Shown: positions 32,337 through 42,488, numbered from the stretch's first letter. The stretch is DNA of 64,000 nucleotides from Candidatus Cloacimonadales bacterium (GCA_963665815.1 OY762463.1:2304001-2368000); one strand, 5' to 3'. Numbers and translations are program-made. The notes: generated by a model from the letters alone, not told the origin.

Positions 32337-33092
32337 TTATTTTCCAGTAAAAATTAATAAGAATGATATTACTAGTGAATAAATAGCCGTTGATTCTGAA
32401 ACTGCTGCTCCGAGAAACATTGTTCTCATGATTGTTGAACGCTCTTCGGGAAATCTGCCAAGCATATCGCAGGCTCTTCCCGCAACGTATCCAATACCGG
32501 ATCCGGGACCTAGTGTTCCGAGTCCGATGGATAATCCTGCACCGACAAAAGCAATAGATGTTGAGATAATCTTAGCTAACTCAATACCTGCAGGTTGATT
32601 TGGTGTTGAATACACTAAAAGAAGTGATACAACAAGTGCAAATATTGATGAAGTCTGAGCAAGTGCCTGTCCAACAAGCATATTGGTCATAATTGCGTTT
32701 CCGTGTTTTGGCATTCTACCAATTGATTTACATGCCTGTCCACCGACGTATCCGGCTCCCATTGCAGGTCCTACTGCTCCAATTCCCACTGCGAGACCGG
32801 CAGCCAGTAATGCTGCAGCTTTGAACCATCCGCCTTCCGGTGTATCAAAACCACCGAAAAGGAGAAGCAATGCAATTACAAGAGAGAAGATACCTCCGGT
32901 ACCGGTAGCAGCCTGTCCAATCAGCATTGATCTGAATATTGAGTCCTGTGCCTTAGGCTGTTTCATTAATGCATAAGCAGCTTCATCTGCAATCACACCT
33001 GAACCTATACCGGTTGTAACAGATGCAATACCAACAGATAAACCGGCTCCCAAAAAACCAGCCATTCTAATTATTGAAGTTGTAATTTCCAT
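32337..33092 (-). CDS. atpE: Triplicated (three-hairpin, 6-TM) ATP synthase c subunit
   Basis: Three tandem c repeats ending GQAATGTGGIF, GQALAQTSSIF and GAAVSESTAIY, with loops KQP, RMP and RFP; lies between atpB and atpE. Confidence 0.9.
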   Translation of the reverse strand: MEITTSIIRMAGFLGAGLSVGIASVTTGIGSGVIADEAAYALMKQPKAQDSIFRSMLIGQAATGTGGIFSLVIALLLLFGGFDTPEGGWFKAAALLAAGLAVGIGAVGPAMGAGYVGGQACKSIGRMPKHGNAIMTNMLVGQALAQTSSIFALVVSLLLVYSTPNQPAGIELAKIISTSIAFVGAGLSIGLGTLGPGSGIGYVAGRACDMLGRFPEERSTIMRTMFLGAAVSESTAIYSLVISFLLIFTGK

Positions 33093-33107
33093 ATATTCTC
33101 CGACAAA

Positions 33108-34043
33108 TTATTCTTCGTTAATTTCAACACCGATATAAGTCAGTGCCAGCATTGTGAAAACAAATGCCTGTACGGTTCCCACGAATACACCAAAAAACAG
33201 TCCAAGTCCAACAGGCAATATAATGAATTTTACAAGTGATGAAACCACAAGTATAATGATTGCTCCACCAAGGATGTTACCGAAAAGACGGAAAGCGATT
33301 GAAACTGCTTTAGCAAGCTCTCCAACAAGATTTAATGGGAATAAAAACCACAATGGTTCTGCATATCCTTTCAAGTAAGCCCCAAAACCTTTTACCTTGA
33401 TTGCCATGAAATGAACGACTCCAACCGCAAGAATACCCATTCCAAGAGGAACGTTCAGGTTTCTTGTAGGTTCCATAAATCCAGGAATAGGAACAAGACC
33501 AATCATGTTACAGCTCCAGATGAAGATGAAAATCGTCACCACATAAGGTGTGAAATGAAGTCTGTCTTTTCCAAGGGTCTCACCTACAAAGTCTTCGAAG
33601 AAAGTATAAATCATTTCGAACAGTATCTGTGGTTTAGACGGTCTGTCAAAAAGACTTTTCTTCACAAGCACTGCTATTAATAATAGTATAATATCAAGAA
33701 TAAGCAGCATTTTCAGAAGCTTGTAAGTACCTATCGGAGTTTTGGTAAATTTCGCAAAGAAATCATAAAGATGTTCGCTGCCGAGTATGACCTTTTCGTG
33801 ACCGTGCTCAATAACGTATTCATCTGTCTGAAAATCCTCCGAAATTCTCTGTTGAAGGTCGAATTCTGTTTGTTGATGTGTGATAACAAACTTGCCTTTT
33901 TCGCCGAACTTGCCTTCTTTATCTACACCAATAACCAGTTCCTTGGTAAAGTTACCGGAAAACCATACCAGTGCAAACTCAATGACAAGAAAAATCAGCA
34001 TCAGAGTCAGCAAGCTGTTCTTTTTCTTTGATTTGTTAGCCAT
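33108..34043 (-). CDS. atpB: F1Fo ATP synthase a subunit
   Basis: PSKPQILFE, NMIGLVP, PTRNLN, SIAFRLFGNI (essential Arg), VQAFVFTML. Confidence 0.95.
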   Translation of the reverse strand: MANKSKKKNSLLTLMLIFLVIEFALVWFSGNFTKELVIGVDKEGKFGEKGKFVITHQQTEFDLQQRISEDFQTDEYVIEHGHEKVILGSEHLYDFFAKFTKTPIGTYKLLKMLLILDIILLLIAVLVKKSLFDRPSKPQILFEMIYTFFEDFVGETLGKDRLHFTPYVVTIFIFIWSCNMIGLVPIPGFMEPTRNLNVPLGMGILAVGVVHFMAIKVKGFGAYLKGYAEPLWFLFPLNLVGELAKAVSIAFRLFGNILGGAIIILVVSSLVKFIILPVGLGLFFGVFVGTVQAFVFTMLALTYIGVEINEE

Positions 34044-34431
34044 TTGATCCTCTATAGTATTTATTATTTTTAAACTGACGGTAAAACTCGTAGATGTATA
34101 TAATTATCTGTGAAGATAAAAGCCCGGCTCCAAAAACCATAATATTGGGTTTCATAAATTTAACGATTATTGCCGAGTACACTGCAAGAAACAGAAAGCG
34201 AAGAAAATACCCTTTTGATGATCTTTTCTTCGTACCTGTAATTCCAAGCTGCAGGCTTCTATATACATCGAAAGCTAACCAAAGGAAAAAAATCAGGCTA
34301 CCCAGACTACCAGTAATCCAGGCTAACGACATTTTAATATCGAATGGTATTGCTATTGTCGCAACTATGATTGTCAAGAAATTAATTCCCGCAATTGTAA
34401 TAATGTATTTTTTGTTTCGCGTTGAAAGCAT
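34036..34431 (-). CDS. atpI: ATP synthase protein I
   Basis: Four-TM small protein with GYFLRF, immediately upstream of atpB. Confidence 0.75.
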   Translation of the reverse strand: MLSTRNKKYIITIAGINFLTIIVATIAIPFDIKMSLAWITGSLGSLIFFLWLAFDVYRSLQLGITGTKKRSSKGYFLRFLFLAVYSAIIVKFMKPNIMVFGAGLLSSQIIIYIYEFYRQFKNNKYYRGSNG

Positions 34432-34501
34432 TGTTTATCTATCCTGTATATTCGTGTTATCTCATTCTATGTTCTTTCTAAATCCATAATATATAATGAA
34501 G

Positions 34502-35074
34502 TTATCTATTTTGTTTGTCAAACTTTATTAATATTGCAGGATCAATTTTTTCACCTGACTCTATTATCTCAAAGTGAAGATGAGGATCTGTACTCTTTCC
34601 AGTATTGCCTACAAGCGCAATTACGTCATCAATATACACATACTCTTTTAACTTTACAAACACTTTTGACGCATGTGCATATTTTGTTTTATATCCGTTC
34701 AAGTGATCAATTACAAGATAATTTCCATAAATTTCATCATAACCTTTATCAACAACAACCCCCACTGCAGATGGAACTATCTTTGTTCCTGTAACCGCAG
34801 CTAAATCAATTCCTTTATGTATATCGGAGAATCGCTGACTGACGACATACTTCCCGTAAACAGGAACCTGACGGGGAATACTGTCACTATAGTCATTATA
34901 ACGTTTCTTACCTGATCCGGATTTATTCGATACTGTACTTACCTTAAAATTTTCCAACTCTCCTGTAAGTTGAACAATCTCTGCTTTCTGTTTGCCGACA
35001 AGGCTGAACTGAAAATAGACTGCCCCAATCAGTAATACAATAATTAAGAGAAGTCCTGCCAGTATAACTTTCAT
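34502..35074 (-). CDS. M23 family metallopeptidase with N-terminal membrane anchor
   Basis: HKGIDLA, YGNYLVIDH, YAH and GNTGKSTDPHLHFEI. Confidence 0.92.
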   Translation of the reverse strand: MKVILAGLLLIIVLLIGAVYFQFSLVGKQKAEIVQLTGELENFKVSTVSNKSGSGKKRYNDYSDSIPRQVPVYGKYVVSQRFSDIHKGIDLAAVTGTKIVPSAVGVVVDKGYDEIYGNYLVIDHLNGYKTKYAHASKVFVKLKEYVYIDDVIALVGNTGKSTDPHLHFEIIESGEKIDPAILIKFDKQNR

Positions 35075-35075
35075 A

Positions 35076-35924
35076 TCACTTCAAAAGTTTTTTCAGAAGC
35101 TGTATTCTCTCGTCTTCATTCTTATAGAAGAATGATATTTTGCCTTTGCTGTTCTTGTCAGCAATTTTTACTTTGAATCCAAAGTTCTTCTTAAGTTGAA
35201 GTTCCATCTCACCTAGAACAACTTTTTTCCCTTCAGGTACTTTAGGAAGCTCAGTTTTGTCAGGAGATGCCAGAAATTCTTTTGCTGCTTTCTCGGTTTT
35301 CCTTACAGACAGCTCATTCTTGATAATAAAATCTGAAAATTCAACCTGATTCTCTTCCGGTAACGTAAGTATTGCTCTGGCATGACCTGATGATAGTTTC
35401 TGCCCTCTGACAAGCTCCCTGACCTCAGGATGTAGCTTTAAAAGCCTGAGAGAATTAGTTACAGTCGCTCTGTCTTTACCAATGATTTCCGATATCTGGG
35501 CATGAGTTAAAGAGAATTCCTCATGAAGCTGCATATATGCCTCTGCCTCATCCATAGAGTTCAAATTCTCTCGCTGTATGTTCTCAATAATTGCAAATTG
35601 CAAAAGTTGTTTCTTAGATACACTTCTTATTATCACAGGAATCTCACTGAAGCCTGCCAGCTTGGAAGCTTCCAGTCTTCGTTCTCCCGCAATCAGTTCA
35701 TATTGTGAATTCTCACACTTAGAAACGATTATCGGCTGAATAAGCCCGTTTTCTTTTAATGACTGTGCCAGTTCCTGAAGTTTTACCTGATCGAAAACTT
35801 TTCTCGGCTGATATCTGTTGGGTCTTATTTTACTTACATCAATTGTTGTAATCCCGGTTGTTCTGTCCGTGGATTCCGGCCCCGATTTTATCAGAGCATC
35901 AAGTCCTCTTCCTAATCTACTCAT
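35076..35924 (-). CDS. parB: Chromosome partitioning protein ParB
   Basis: LGRGLDALI, PNRYQPRK, IAGERRL, IENIQRENL, HTH region, GHARA. Confidence 0.96.
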   Translation of the reverse strand: MSRLGRGLDALIKSGPESTDRTTGITTIDVSKIRPNRYQPRKVFDQVKLQELAQSLKENGLIQPIIVSKCENSQYELIAGERRLEASKLAGFSEIPVIIRSVSKKQLLQFAIIENIQRENLNSMDEAEAYMQLHEEFSLTHAQISEIIGKDRATVTNSLRLLKLHPEVRELVRGQKLSSGHARAILTLPEENQVEFSDFIIKNELSVRKTEKAAKEFLASPDKTELPKVPEGKKVVLGEMELQLKKNFGFKVKIADKNSKGKISFFYKNEDERIQLLKKLLK

Positions 35925-36679
35925 CTTTTTATCACTTCCGCCGCAAATTGCAAATAATTGCGCGCGCCTTTGGATGTTATATCATAATGAAAAATTGATT
36001 TACCAAAACTCGGTGCTTCACTGAGCTTTACATTTCTATGTATAATTGTGTTAAATACTTTTTCCCTGAAATAGCGTCTTACTTCTTTTGCTACCTGATT
36101 TGAGAGATTTAGTCTTTTATCATACATTGTAAGCAGAACTCCCAGAATATTCAGGTCAGGATTAAGATTTTTCTGAATAAGATTTACAGTATTTAAGAGC
36201 TGACTTACTCCCTCAAGAGCAAAGTACTCACACTGAATAGGTATAAGTACATCTGTACACGCAGTAAGAGCATTAACCGTAAGTAACCCGAGAGAAGGAG
36301 GACAATCAATGATAACATAATCATATTTGTCATTAATGCTCTCTAATGCTTTTTTTAGCTTATGTTCCCTTGAGAATTCTTTTACAAGTTCTATTTCTGC
36401 ACCTGTAAGGTCTATATTGCTTGGCGCTAAGTCAAGATGTTCTATATATGAAGGAACAATAACGTCCTCAATGTTAACTTTTTTAACCAGTGCATCATAA
36501 ATATGTATCTTCAGGTTAGAAGTATCTACACCCAACCCGCTAGATGCATTACCCTGAGGATCAAAATCAATCAACAGGGTTCGTTTTTCATGAATTCCCA
36601 GAGCTGCTGCAAGATTGACTGAGGTAGTAGTTTTACCAACTCCCCCCTTTTGATTCACAACAGTTATGATTTTTTTCAT
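35921..36679 (-). CDS. parA: Chromosome partitioning ATPase ParA/Soj
   Basis: NQKGGVGKTT deviant Walker A, DFDPQGN, IDCPPSLG, EAPSFG. Confidence 0.96.
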   Translation of the reverse strand: MKKIITVVNQKGGVGKTTTSVNLAAALGIHEKRTLLIDFDPQGNASSGLGVDTSNLKIHIYDALVKKVNIEDVIVPSYIEHLDLAPSNIDLTGAEIELVKEFSREHKLKKALESINDKYDYVIIDCPPSLGLLTVNALTACTDVLIPIQCEYFALEGVSQLLNTVNLIQKNLNPDLNILGVLLTMYDKRLNLSNQVAKEVRRYFREKVFNTIIHRNVKLSEAPSFGKSIFHYDITSKGARNYLQFAAEVIKR

Positions 36680-36680
36680 T

Positions 36681-37292
36681 CTATTTAAATACCTTTATAA
36701 GTTTTCTGGTTCCGATAGCCGGATGGCTGACATCAATAATCTTTTTCTTCTTGAAAATGTCAGTATCATCATGATTCTCTGATTTATATAAAATCATGCA
36801 ACCATTGTTTTTAAGTATCCTCATAAGTACTTTTTTGAACTGTGGAAGGATTCTTACGGATCGACATACAATAACATCAAAAAGACCTTCCCATTCATCA
36901 ACAGGACACTCTTCTAATCTGTACGAAACAGGAAAACATGAATCTAAGTCAAGATTTTTGACAATTTTTTTCAGGCATTCTATCTTCTTCTTTCTGGAAT
37001 CAAGCAATACAACTTCAGAGTCGGGATACATAATACTCAATGGTATACCCGGAAGCCCACCGCCAGTACCGAAATCAAGAATAGTTTTTCCTGCAAAATT
37101 ATAATGATCTACAGAGAGCAGAGAATCCATTATATGAATTGTCCATATTTTATCAGGATTTGTTTTACGTGAAACAAGGTTAACCTTCTGATTTTCCTCA
37201 AGCAGTAATTCATGATATCTCTCTATGAGAGAATATTTTCGTTCGTCAGAAAATCTTTCTGAATAGAATTCAGTAAATACTTTTTTAGACAT
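36681..37292 (-). CDS. rsmG: 16S rRNA m7G527 methyltransferase RsmG
   Basis: N.KVNLVS, HIMDSL, LDFGTGGGLPGIPL, LDSRKKK; canonical position upstream of parA. Confidence 0.92.
   Translation of the reverse strand: MSKKVFTEFYSERFSDERKYSLIERYHELLLEENQKVNLVSRKTNPDKIWTIHIMDSLLSVDHYNFAGKTILDFGTGGGLPGIPLSIMYPDSEVVLLDSRKKKIECLKKIVKNLDLDSCFPVSYRLEECPVDEWEGLFDVIVCRSVRILPQFKKVLMRILKNNGCMILYKSENHDDTDIFKKKKIIDVSHPAIGTRKLIKVFK
37161..37176. promoter_or_regulatory. parS-like ParB-binding palindrome inside rsmG
   Basis: TGTTTTACGTGAAACA, a 15/16 match to the consensus TGTTTCACGTGAAACA. Confidence 0.65.
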
Positions 37293-37619
37293 TTTTACTC
37301 CTGAAAATATTTCAGAAAACTACAGTTGAAATGTCAATCAGAAAATATACCAGAAATTTTAATATCTTCTACTATGCTTTACAAGTCAACAATCCAAAAA
37401 GGATATTTTATATTTCCCTTACATGTTAATTAATTCATTTTTTTTGATTAGATAATTGAAATTATACCCTATACTCTGTTAGCCTTATTCGGCAATTTTC
37501 AACATCAGTAAATATAAGTGAAATCTGGGGCACTGAATAATACACTGTCAGTTCAAATATTTTCCATGAAATATTTGACTTAAAAATAAATATACTATCT
37601 TATTGGTAAAGAGGTGACT

Positions 37620-40600
37620 ATGAGATACATTAATATTTTTCTAATTTTTATTTTCTGTTTTCAGCTGCATGCAGTTGTACAGGAATCCGCATCATTAAAA
37701 GACTTTCTATATGGTGAAACCGATCAAACCGCTTATGACAACTTTCAAAGTCATATTATTGAAGGAGTTGATCATAACATTAACGACCACGCTCCTTACG
37801 ATCCGCATACCGATGGATTCGGAACATTCACTGTCCCAACGGATACCGATACTCTGAACTGGGCACAACTTATTCAGTTTTTTCTGGATGAAAACCTGCA
37901 ATCTGCCGATTCATTGATTCAGGAATTAAATCTACCTTATGAAATTGTTGAATTCAATGATACCGATGTAAACAGAAACTACATTATGTTAAGAGAGCTT
38001 GTTGATACAACATATGTTGATACTAACAGCACAGATGGTTATATTGAACGTGGCAGCTTTAACAAAGGCTGGGGACTATACATATATAACCCAAACAGTT
38101 TTTATGATAACATAATTACTACTCCTCACCCAAGCGATGACTTTATCACAATACCGGTTTCCTGCTATGCATTCCAGGAACTCAATGCAAAATACTGGCT
38201 CATAAGCAATGTCAGCCGTGAAGCCGCTCACAGTGGAACAAACTTTACAAATGGTACATCACTATCTGATCCAACCAGAAATTCCTGCCACCCATACAAT
38301 ACTACTTACAAAGCAATTGCCAATAAAGTAAGACAAGAGACAGGCGAAAGAGAATTCTGTGTACAAATTCACTCGTATGACTGGGATAATACCGGTCCCC
38401 ATAGACCTATAGAACTGTCAATGGGACCTTTTAATGATAAAACATCCCTTCCAACCAGAGACTTCAGCAGTCAGCATCGAGATCTGGTTAATTTTACAGA
38501 TGAGATAGTTGTTCCTGCAAATTCGGTGGGAATTCATGACCAGATCAGAGTTGAAGACTACTATTGCATAAATAATGGAACAGAACCAATCTATTTCTAT
38601 GGAGAAAATCAGGACTATGCAATAGATAACCAGATATGGCTTGAAGGGTATCATTATAATGTTCAGATGAGATATACTAATGACAATTATAATGATTATG
38701 AAGTATTCGACCCGTTTTTCCATATTGAAATGCACGAACTTCCTTATGTATATGCGACTAATGATTCGACCTACAGATGGTTTTATGAACAGACCGGTCC
38801 GTCATTTAAATCTAGATTCGATAAAATGTTCGTTTTTTATGCCCCGTGGGTGGATGCCTTAGATGAAGCTATGAGATACTATAACAGGAGAAATGACTAT
38901 CAGACACCTGATGCTCCCCAACTGACCCAGCTGTCAACTCTGCCTGAAATCTCCTGGACACGTGCTGATTGTTATGATTTTGCAACATATCGTATCTTCT
39001 ACTCAGACAGCACAATAACAGATCCGCCGGACAGTACGGTAAGCTATATTGACAGGAACAGCATGGAAACTTTAGCCCAGCCTACATTCAACAGTTATAC
39101 TGATGAAGTAGTTTCCCTTATAGGTAAATATGTCAGAGTTCAAACTGTAGACCAGAACGGGCATGAATCTGACCTGTCCAATGAAATCATTGTAGTATCA
39201 AGCAATGTAAATATCAGTCAATTCAGTATTACTCCCGGAGACAATGGTGTAACAGTATCATGGACAACAACAAGCCAGACAAACAACTCAGGATTTCTGT
39301 TGAAACGAACAGAATATCCATTTGATCAGACTCAGACTCTTTTCAGCTATGTTTCTGATCTGGCAATGCTGGGATACAATCAGGCAGGAACACGAAATTA
39401 TTCAGTAACTGACAATTCTGTTGTAGATGGCGGAATTTATAAGTATTCATTGTACTCTCACAATAGTCAGTTGAATGCTGATGTTCCCCTGTATCTGAAT
39501 CAAGAGCTAAATATTGTACCTTATTATAATCTGGTATTAGATCGAAACGGAGTAACGGAAGAAAGTACATTCGGAATGAATTTCTTTGCTTCGGATGGTT
39601 ACTCAGATGATTTTGATGAGACTACATCCCTGTACAACAGGTCTCAATATGTAGTCTTTACAAGTCCTCCTATGCCAAGATCTTATGAAACAATGATTCA
39701 TGAAGCATTCGATCCAAATGAAGTATGGAAAGAGTGGCCTGTTAAAATAAAGAATCAGTCAGGAGAAAACGGTGAAGTATACATGGATCCTTTACCTGCA
39801 TCAATGCATCAGGGAGGAAGGTTATTCATGACAGACGGTACAAACTGTATCAATCTTCTAACTGATACTTTAGCAGTGCCTAACGGCATCAGTGGGGACT
39901 ATTACACAATGTACTGGGGTAATATTCAGCCAAATATCAGTCAGAACATGGATATTACTAAATACTACCATGCTGGCGATACACTCACATTGAACTGGAG
40001 TTCTGACAGAGAATATATGATTAAAAAACATTATCTGACAGTTATGGACCATTCCGGCACACAAACGCTGGTAGATTCAATCTATTCTACTACTAACAGT
40101 TATGAGATTATTCCGGATGGAACATACTCCGACTCTGTTTTCTTCACTCTTCATACAATACTGTACGACGATGATGAAATTTCAATTGATTTCCCAGTTA
40201 TTCATGTTTATAATAATACACAGAGCTACGCTCTTGAAGAAGGTATTCAGCTACTGAATGTACACAACCTGAACTCAAATATTAATATAAATACAATGCT
40301 GAGCGATCTTGTTCATTTTTACAGTTATGATGACAGTTCTTTCACCCAGCATATTACAATGACCTCTGGGACCTATGCAGTAGAATCTGATCAGACCTAT
40401 CAATTTTCTGAGCAAACTCCTGCATACCCGAATTCCACAAACTCTGTTTTGCTTTCACAAGGATGGAACCTGATAGGATCTCCATTCCCTCATGATTATC
40501 CATTATCTGCAGTCAAAATCATTCAGAATAATCAGGAGACAACTTATAATCAGGCTGTATTAGATGGAATCATTGAGGGTTATGGGCTTGACAATTCCGG

Positions 40601-41441
40601 ATTTATAACTGAAGAAAGAGTTATTGAAAATGGTAAAAGCCTGTGGATTTACAGCTTTGAAGATTCTCTTGAAATGGAATTTACGACTTATCCTGTCAGA
40701 GATTCACTGGAGTTTCAATATCCGGAATACCAGTTTGTTAATGTTGTAGTTTCTGATATGACTGAAGAGAATCAGGATTTATTCACTACAGGTCACTACG
40801 AATATGGTTTTGAAGAGTTTGATATAGGCTTGGACAGAATGTGTCCTCCAGATAACTTCAAGCAGATAAAAGCTTACACATATGACGATGATTATTGTTA
40901 TTTCAGGAATCTGAAGCCTTACATCATCGACATAAACCTTGATACAGAATACAATTTGAGAATACATTCTCCAGCCGGAGACTCAGTTAAACTGTTCATT
41001 GATGATGCTAATTACAGAGTTGAGTATTCATTCTATGTTTTCGTAAACGGACAACAGAGAAGATTGAGATACGGGCAGGATCTGGTTCTCTATAATGAAA
41101 CAGGTACGCTGGATCTGATTTTCAAAATACAGGATTATGTAACATCCAACGATGTGAACACTTATGAATTTGTTCCACTCGCAAACTATCCGAATCCTTT
41201 CAATCCAGAGACAACTCTTAATTTCTCAATCCATAAACCTGAACATGTTGAACTTAAAGTTTATAACTTAAAAGGTCAGCTTGTAAAAACCCTCGTTGAT
41301 GAAAAAATGGAAGCAGGTATTCATAAAGTAGTATGGAAAGGCAGAAACAACAAAGACAGACAAGTCGCATCCGGAGTTTACTTCGTTAAACTGAAAGCCA
41401 GCACAAATAATGATATCAGGAAAATGATATTATTGAAGTAG
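37620..41441 (+). CDS. Large secreted multidomain protein with FlgD-Ig/T9SS-like CTD
   Basis: GAGGTG RBS then ATG 37620; signal peptide; FN3-like segments (VRVQTVDQNGHESDLS, VSWTTTSQTNNSGF); LSQGWNLIGSP; NYPNPFNPET CTD. Confidence 0.8.
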   Translation: MRYINIFLIFIFCFQLHAVVQESASLKDFLYGETDQTAYDNFQSHIIEGVDHNINDHAPYDPHTDGFGTFTVPTDTDTLNWAQLIQFFLDENLQSADSLIQELNLPYEIVEFNDTDVNRNYIMLRELVDTTYVDTNSTDGYIERGSFNKGWGLYIYNPNSFYDNIITTPHPSDDFITIPVSCYAFQELNAKYWLISNVSREAAHSGTNFTNGTSLSDPTRNSCHPYNTTYKAIANKVRQETGEREFCVQIHSYDWDNTGPHRPIELSMGPFNDKTSLPTRDFSSQHRDLVNFTDEIVVPANSVGIHDQIRVEDYYCINNGTEPIYFYGENQDYAIDNQIWLEGYHYNVQMRYTNDNYNDYEVFDPFFHIEMHELPYVYATNDSTYRWFYEQTGPSFKSRFDKMFVFYAPWVDALDEAMRYYNRRNDYQTPDAPQLTQLSTLPEISWTRADCYDFATYRIFYSDSTITDPPDSTVSYIDRNSMETLAQPTFNSYTDEVVSLIGKYVRVQTVDQNGHESDLSNEIIVVSSNVNISQFSITPGDNGVTVSWTTTSQTNNSGFLLKRTEYPFDQTQTLFSYVSDLAMLGYNQAGTRNYSVTDNSVVDGGIYKYSLYSHNSQLNADVPLYLNQELNIVPYYNLVLDRNGVTEESTFGMNFFASDGYSDDFDETTSLYNRSQYVVFTSPPMPRSYETMIHEAFDPNEVWKEWPVKIKNQSGENGEVYMDPLPASMHQGGRLFMTDGTNCINLLTDTLAVPNGISGDYYTMYWGNIQPNISQNMDITKYYHAGDTLTLNWSSDREYMIKKHYLTVMDHSGTQTLVDSIYSTTNSYEIIPDGTYSDSVFFTLHTILYDDDEISIDFPVIHVYNNTQSYALEEGIQLLNVHNLNSNININTMLSDLVHFYSYDDSSFTQHITMTSGTYAVESDQTYQFSEQTPAYPNSTNSVLLSQGWNLIGSPFPHDYPLSAVKIIQNNQETTYNQAVLDGIIEGYGLDNSGFITEERVIENGKSLWIYSFEDSLEMEFTTYPVRDSLEFQYPEYQFVNVVVSDMTEENQDLFTTGHYEYGFEEFDIGLDRMCPPDNFKQIKAYTYDDDYCYFRNLKPYIIDINLDTEYNLRIHSPAGDSVKLFIDDANYRVEYSFYVFVNGQQRRLRYGQDLVLYNETGTLDLIFKIQDYVTSNDVNTYEFVPLANYPNPFNPETTLNFSIHKPEHVELKVYNLKGQLVKTLVDEKMEAGIHKVVWKGRNNKDRQVASGVYFVKLKASTNNDIRKMILLK

Positions 41442-41464
41442 TTGATAAATTAATATAGTTATAG

Positions 41465-41492
41465 AAAAGCAGGCTTTAAGCCTGCTTTTTTT
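41465..41492 (+). terminator. Intrinsic terminator (probably bidirectional)
   Basis: AAAAGCAGGCT-tta-AGCCTGCTTTTTTT. Confidence 0.85.
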
Positions 41493-41776
41493 GTCTATAC
41501 TATAAATTGAGAATCACAAGCTTGCCATAGTTTTTACAGAAAAATTGACGTATTTCATTGTGCAAAGATAAAATGCAGGAGAGAAGGGATTCAAATATGT
41601 TAAAGGAATTATTAATAAGAATAATGGGTACTCCCTGAGAATCTGGTAGAAGCACAATGCTCAAATGCGAACACTTAATGACACAAAGCTTGAGATGATC
41701 GTGGACACAACTTTTCACAAAACGAGAGCATAGCAGAATAGCAATTACAGCATAACATTACGAAATGAGTAAAACA

Positions 41777-41803
41777 AAAACCTGCCGTAGTTACAGCAGG
41801 TTA
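41777..41803 (-). terminator. Putative terminator of the lipoprotein gene
   Basis: Imperfect stem AACCTGC...GCAGGTT with an A-tract on its left. Confidence 0.5.
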
Positions 41804-41834
41804 GTATAGTTAATTTAGTGTTGTGAACCAAAAA

Positions 41835-42488
41835 TTAATAATTTGAAACAAGTGCACCTACTCTTCGAGCAATATATCTTGAATAAGATGTCCTGAATTC
41901 AGAAATAAATTCATCAGTAATATCTTCATCATATTGCATGAAGTAAAATCCACCAAGAAATGGAAGAACACCATATTCAAACCATCCAAGTTCAATCCAT
42001 GTCCTGTCAAACTCAGAATGAGTACACTTATATTTTGTAGGTATTGTCTTAGTAAATTTTGTTTTTTTTGTCTCAAAATCAATCAGTTTTATGTCAGTTA
42101 CTATTTCAAGAGAATAGTTATATCCATGCCAGGCAGGGGTCCAGATAATATACCCCGGAAAACTGATAAGGAAATTAGTCCAGCTTCCTGCGGGTTTCTT
42201 TGTAATTCCTATTTCCATAATATAATCTACAGGATTATTGTCGTCAGGAGCATAGGGATATTCCACTTCAATTTTACCAAGAAGAGACATTTCCAACACA
42301 ATATTATCCATTAATCTGTCGTCGATTGTACCATCGTCAATAATACCGATTTTCAGATTATTTTGCAGATAAGGCATTGAAGCCGTGTAAGCACCATGAT
42401 TCTTAACTCTTAACTGATGAGAGCAACCCGTTGCCAGTAAAACAAAAAACAATAACAATGCAATTTTTGAAGCCATTTTGAAGTTCAT
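41835..42488 (-). CDS. Hypothetical lipoprotein
   Basis: Lipobox LLATGC after a hydrophobic signal; AGGAG RBS. Confidence 0.7.
   Translation of the reverse strand: MNFKMASKIALLLFFVLLATGCSHQLRVKNHGAYTASMPYLQNNLKIGIIDDGTIDDRLMDNIVLEMSLLGKIEVEYPYAPDDNNPVDYIMEIGITKKPAGSWTNFLISFPGYIIWTPAWHGYNYSLEIVTDIKLIDFETKKTKFTKTIPTKYKCTHSEFDRTWIELGWFEYGVLPFLGGFYFMQYDEDITDEFISEFRTSYSRYIARRVGALVSNY

Noticed and set aside
41500-41718. 72-aa minus-strand ORF in the intergenic gap
   Set aside because: No RBS or recognisable motifs; it lies between two terminators.
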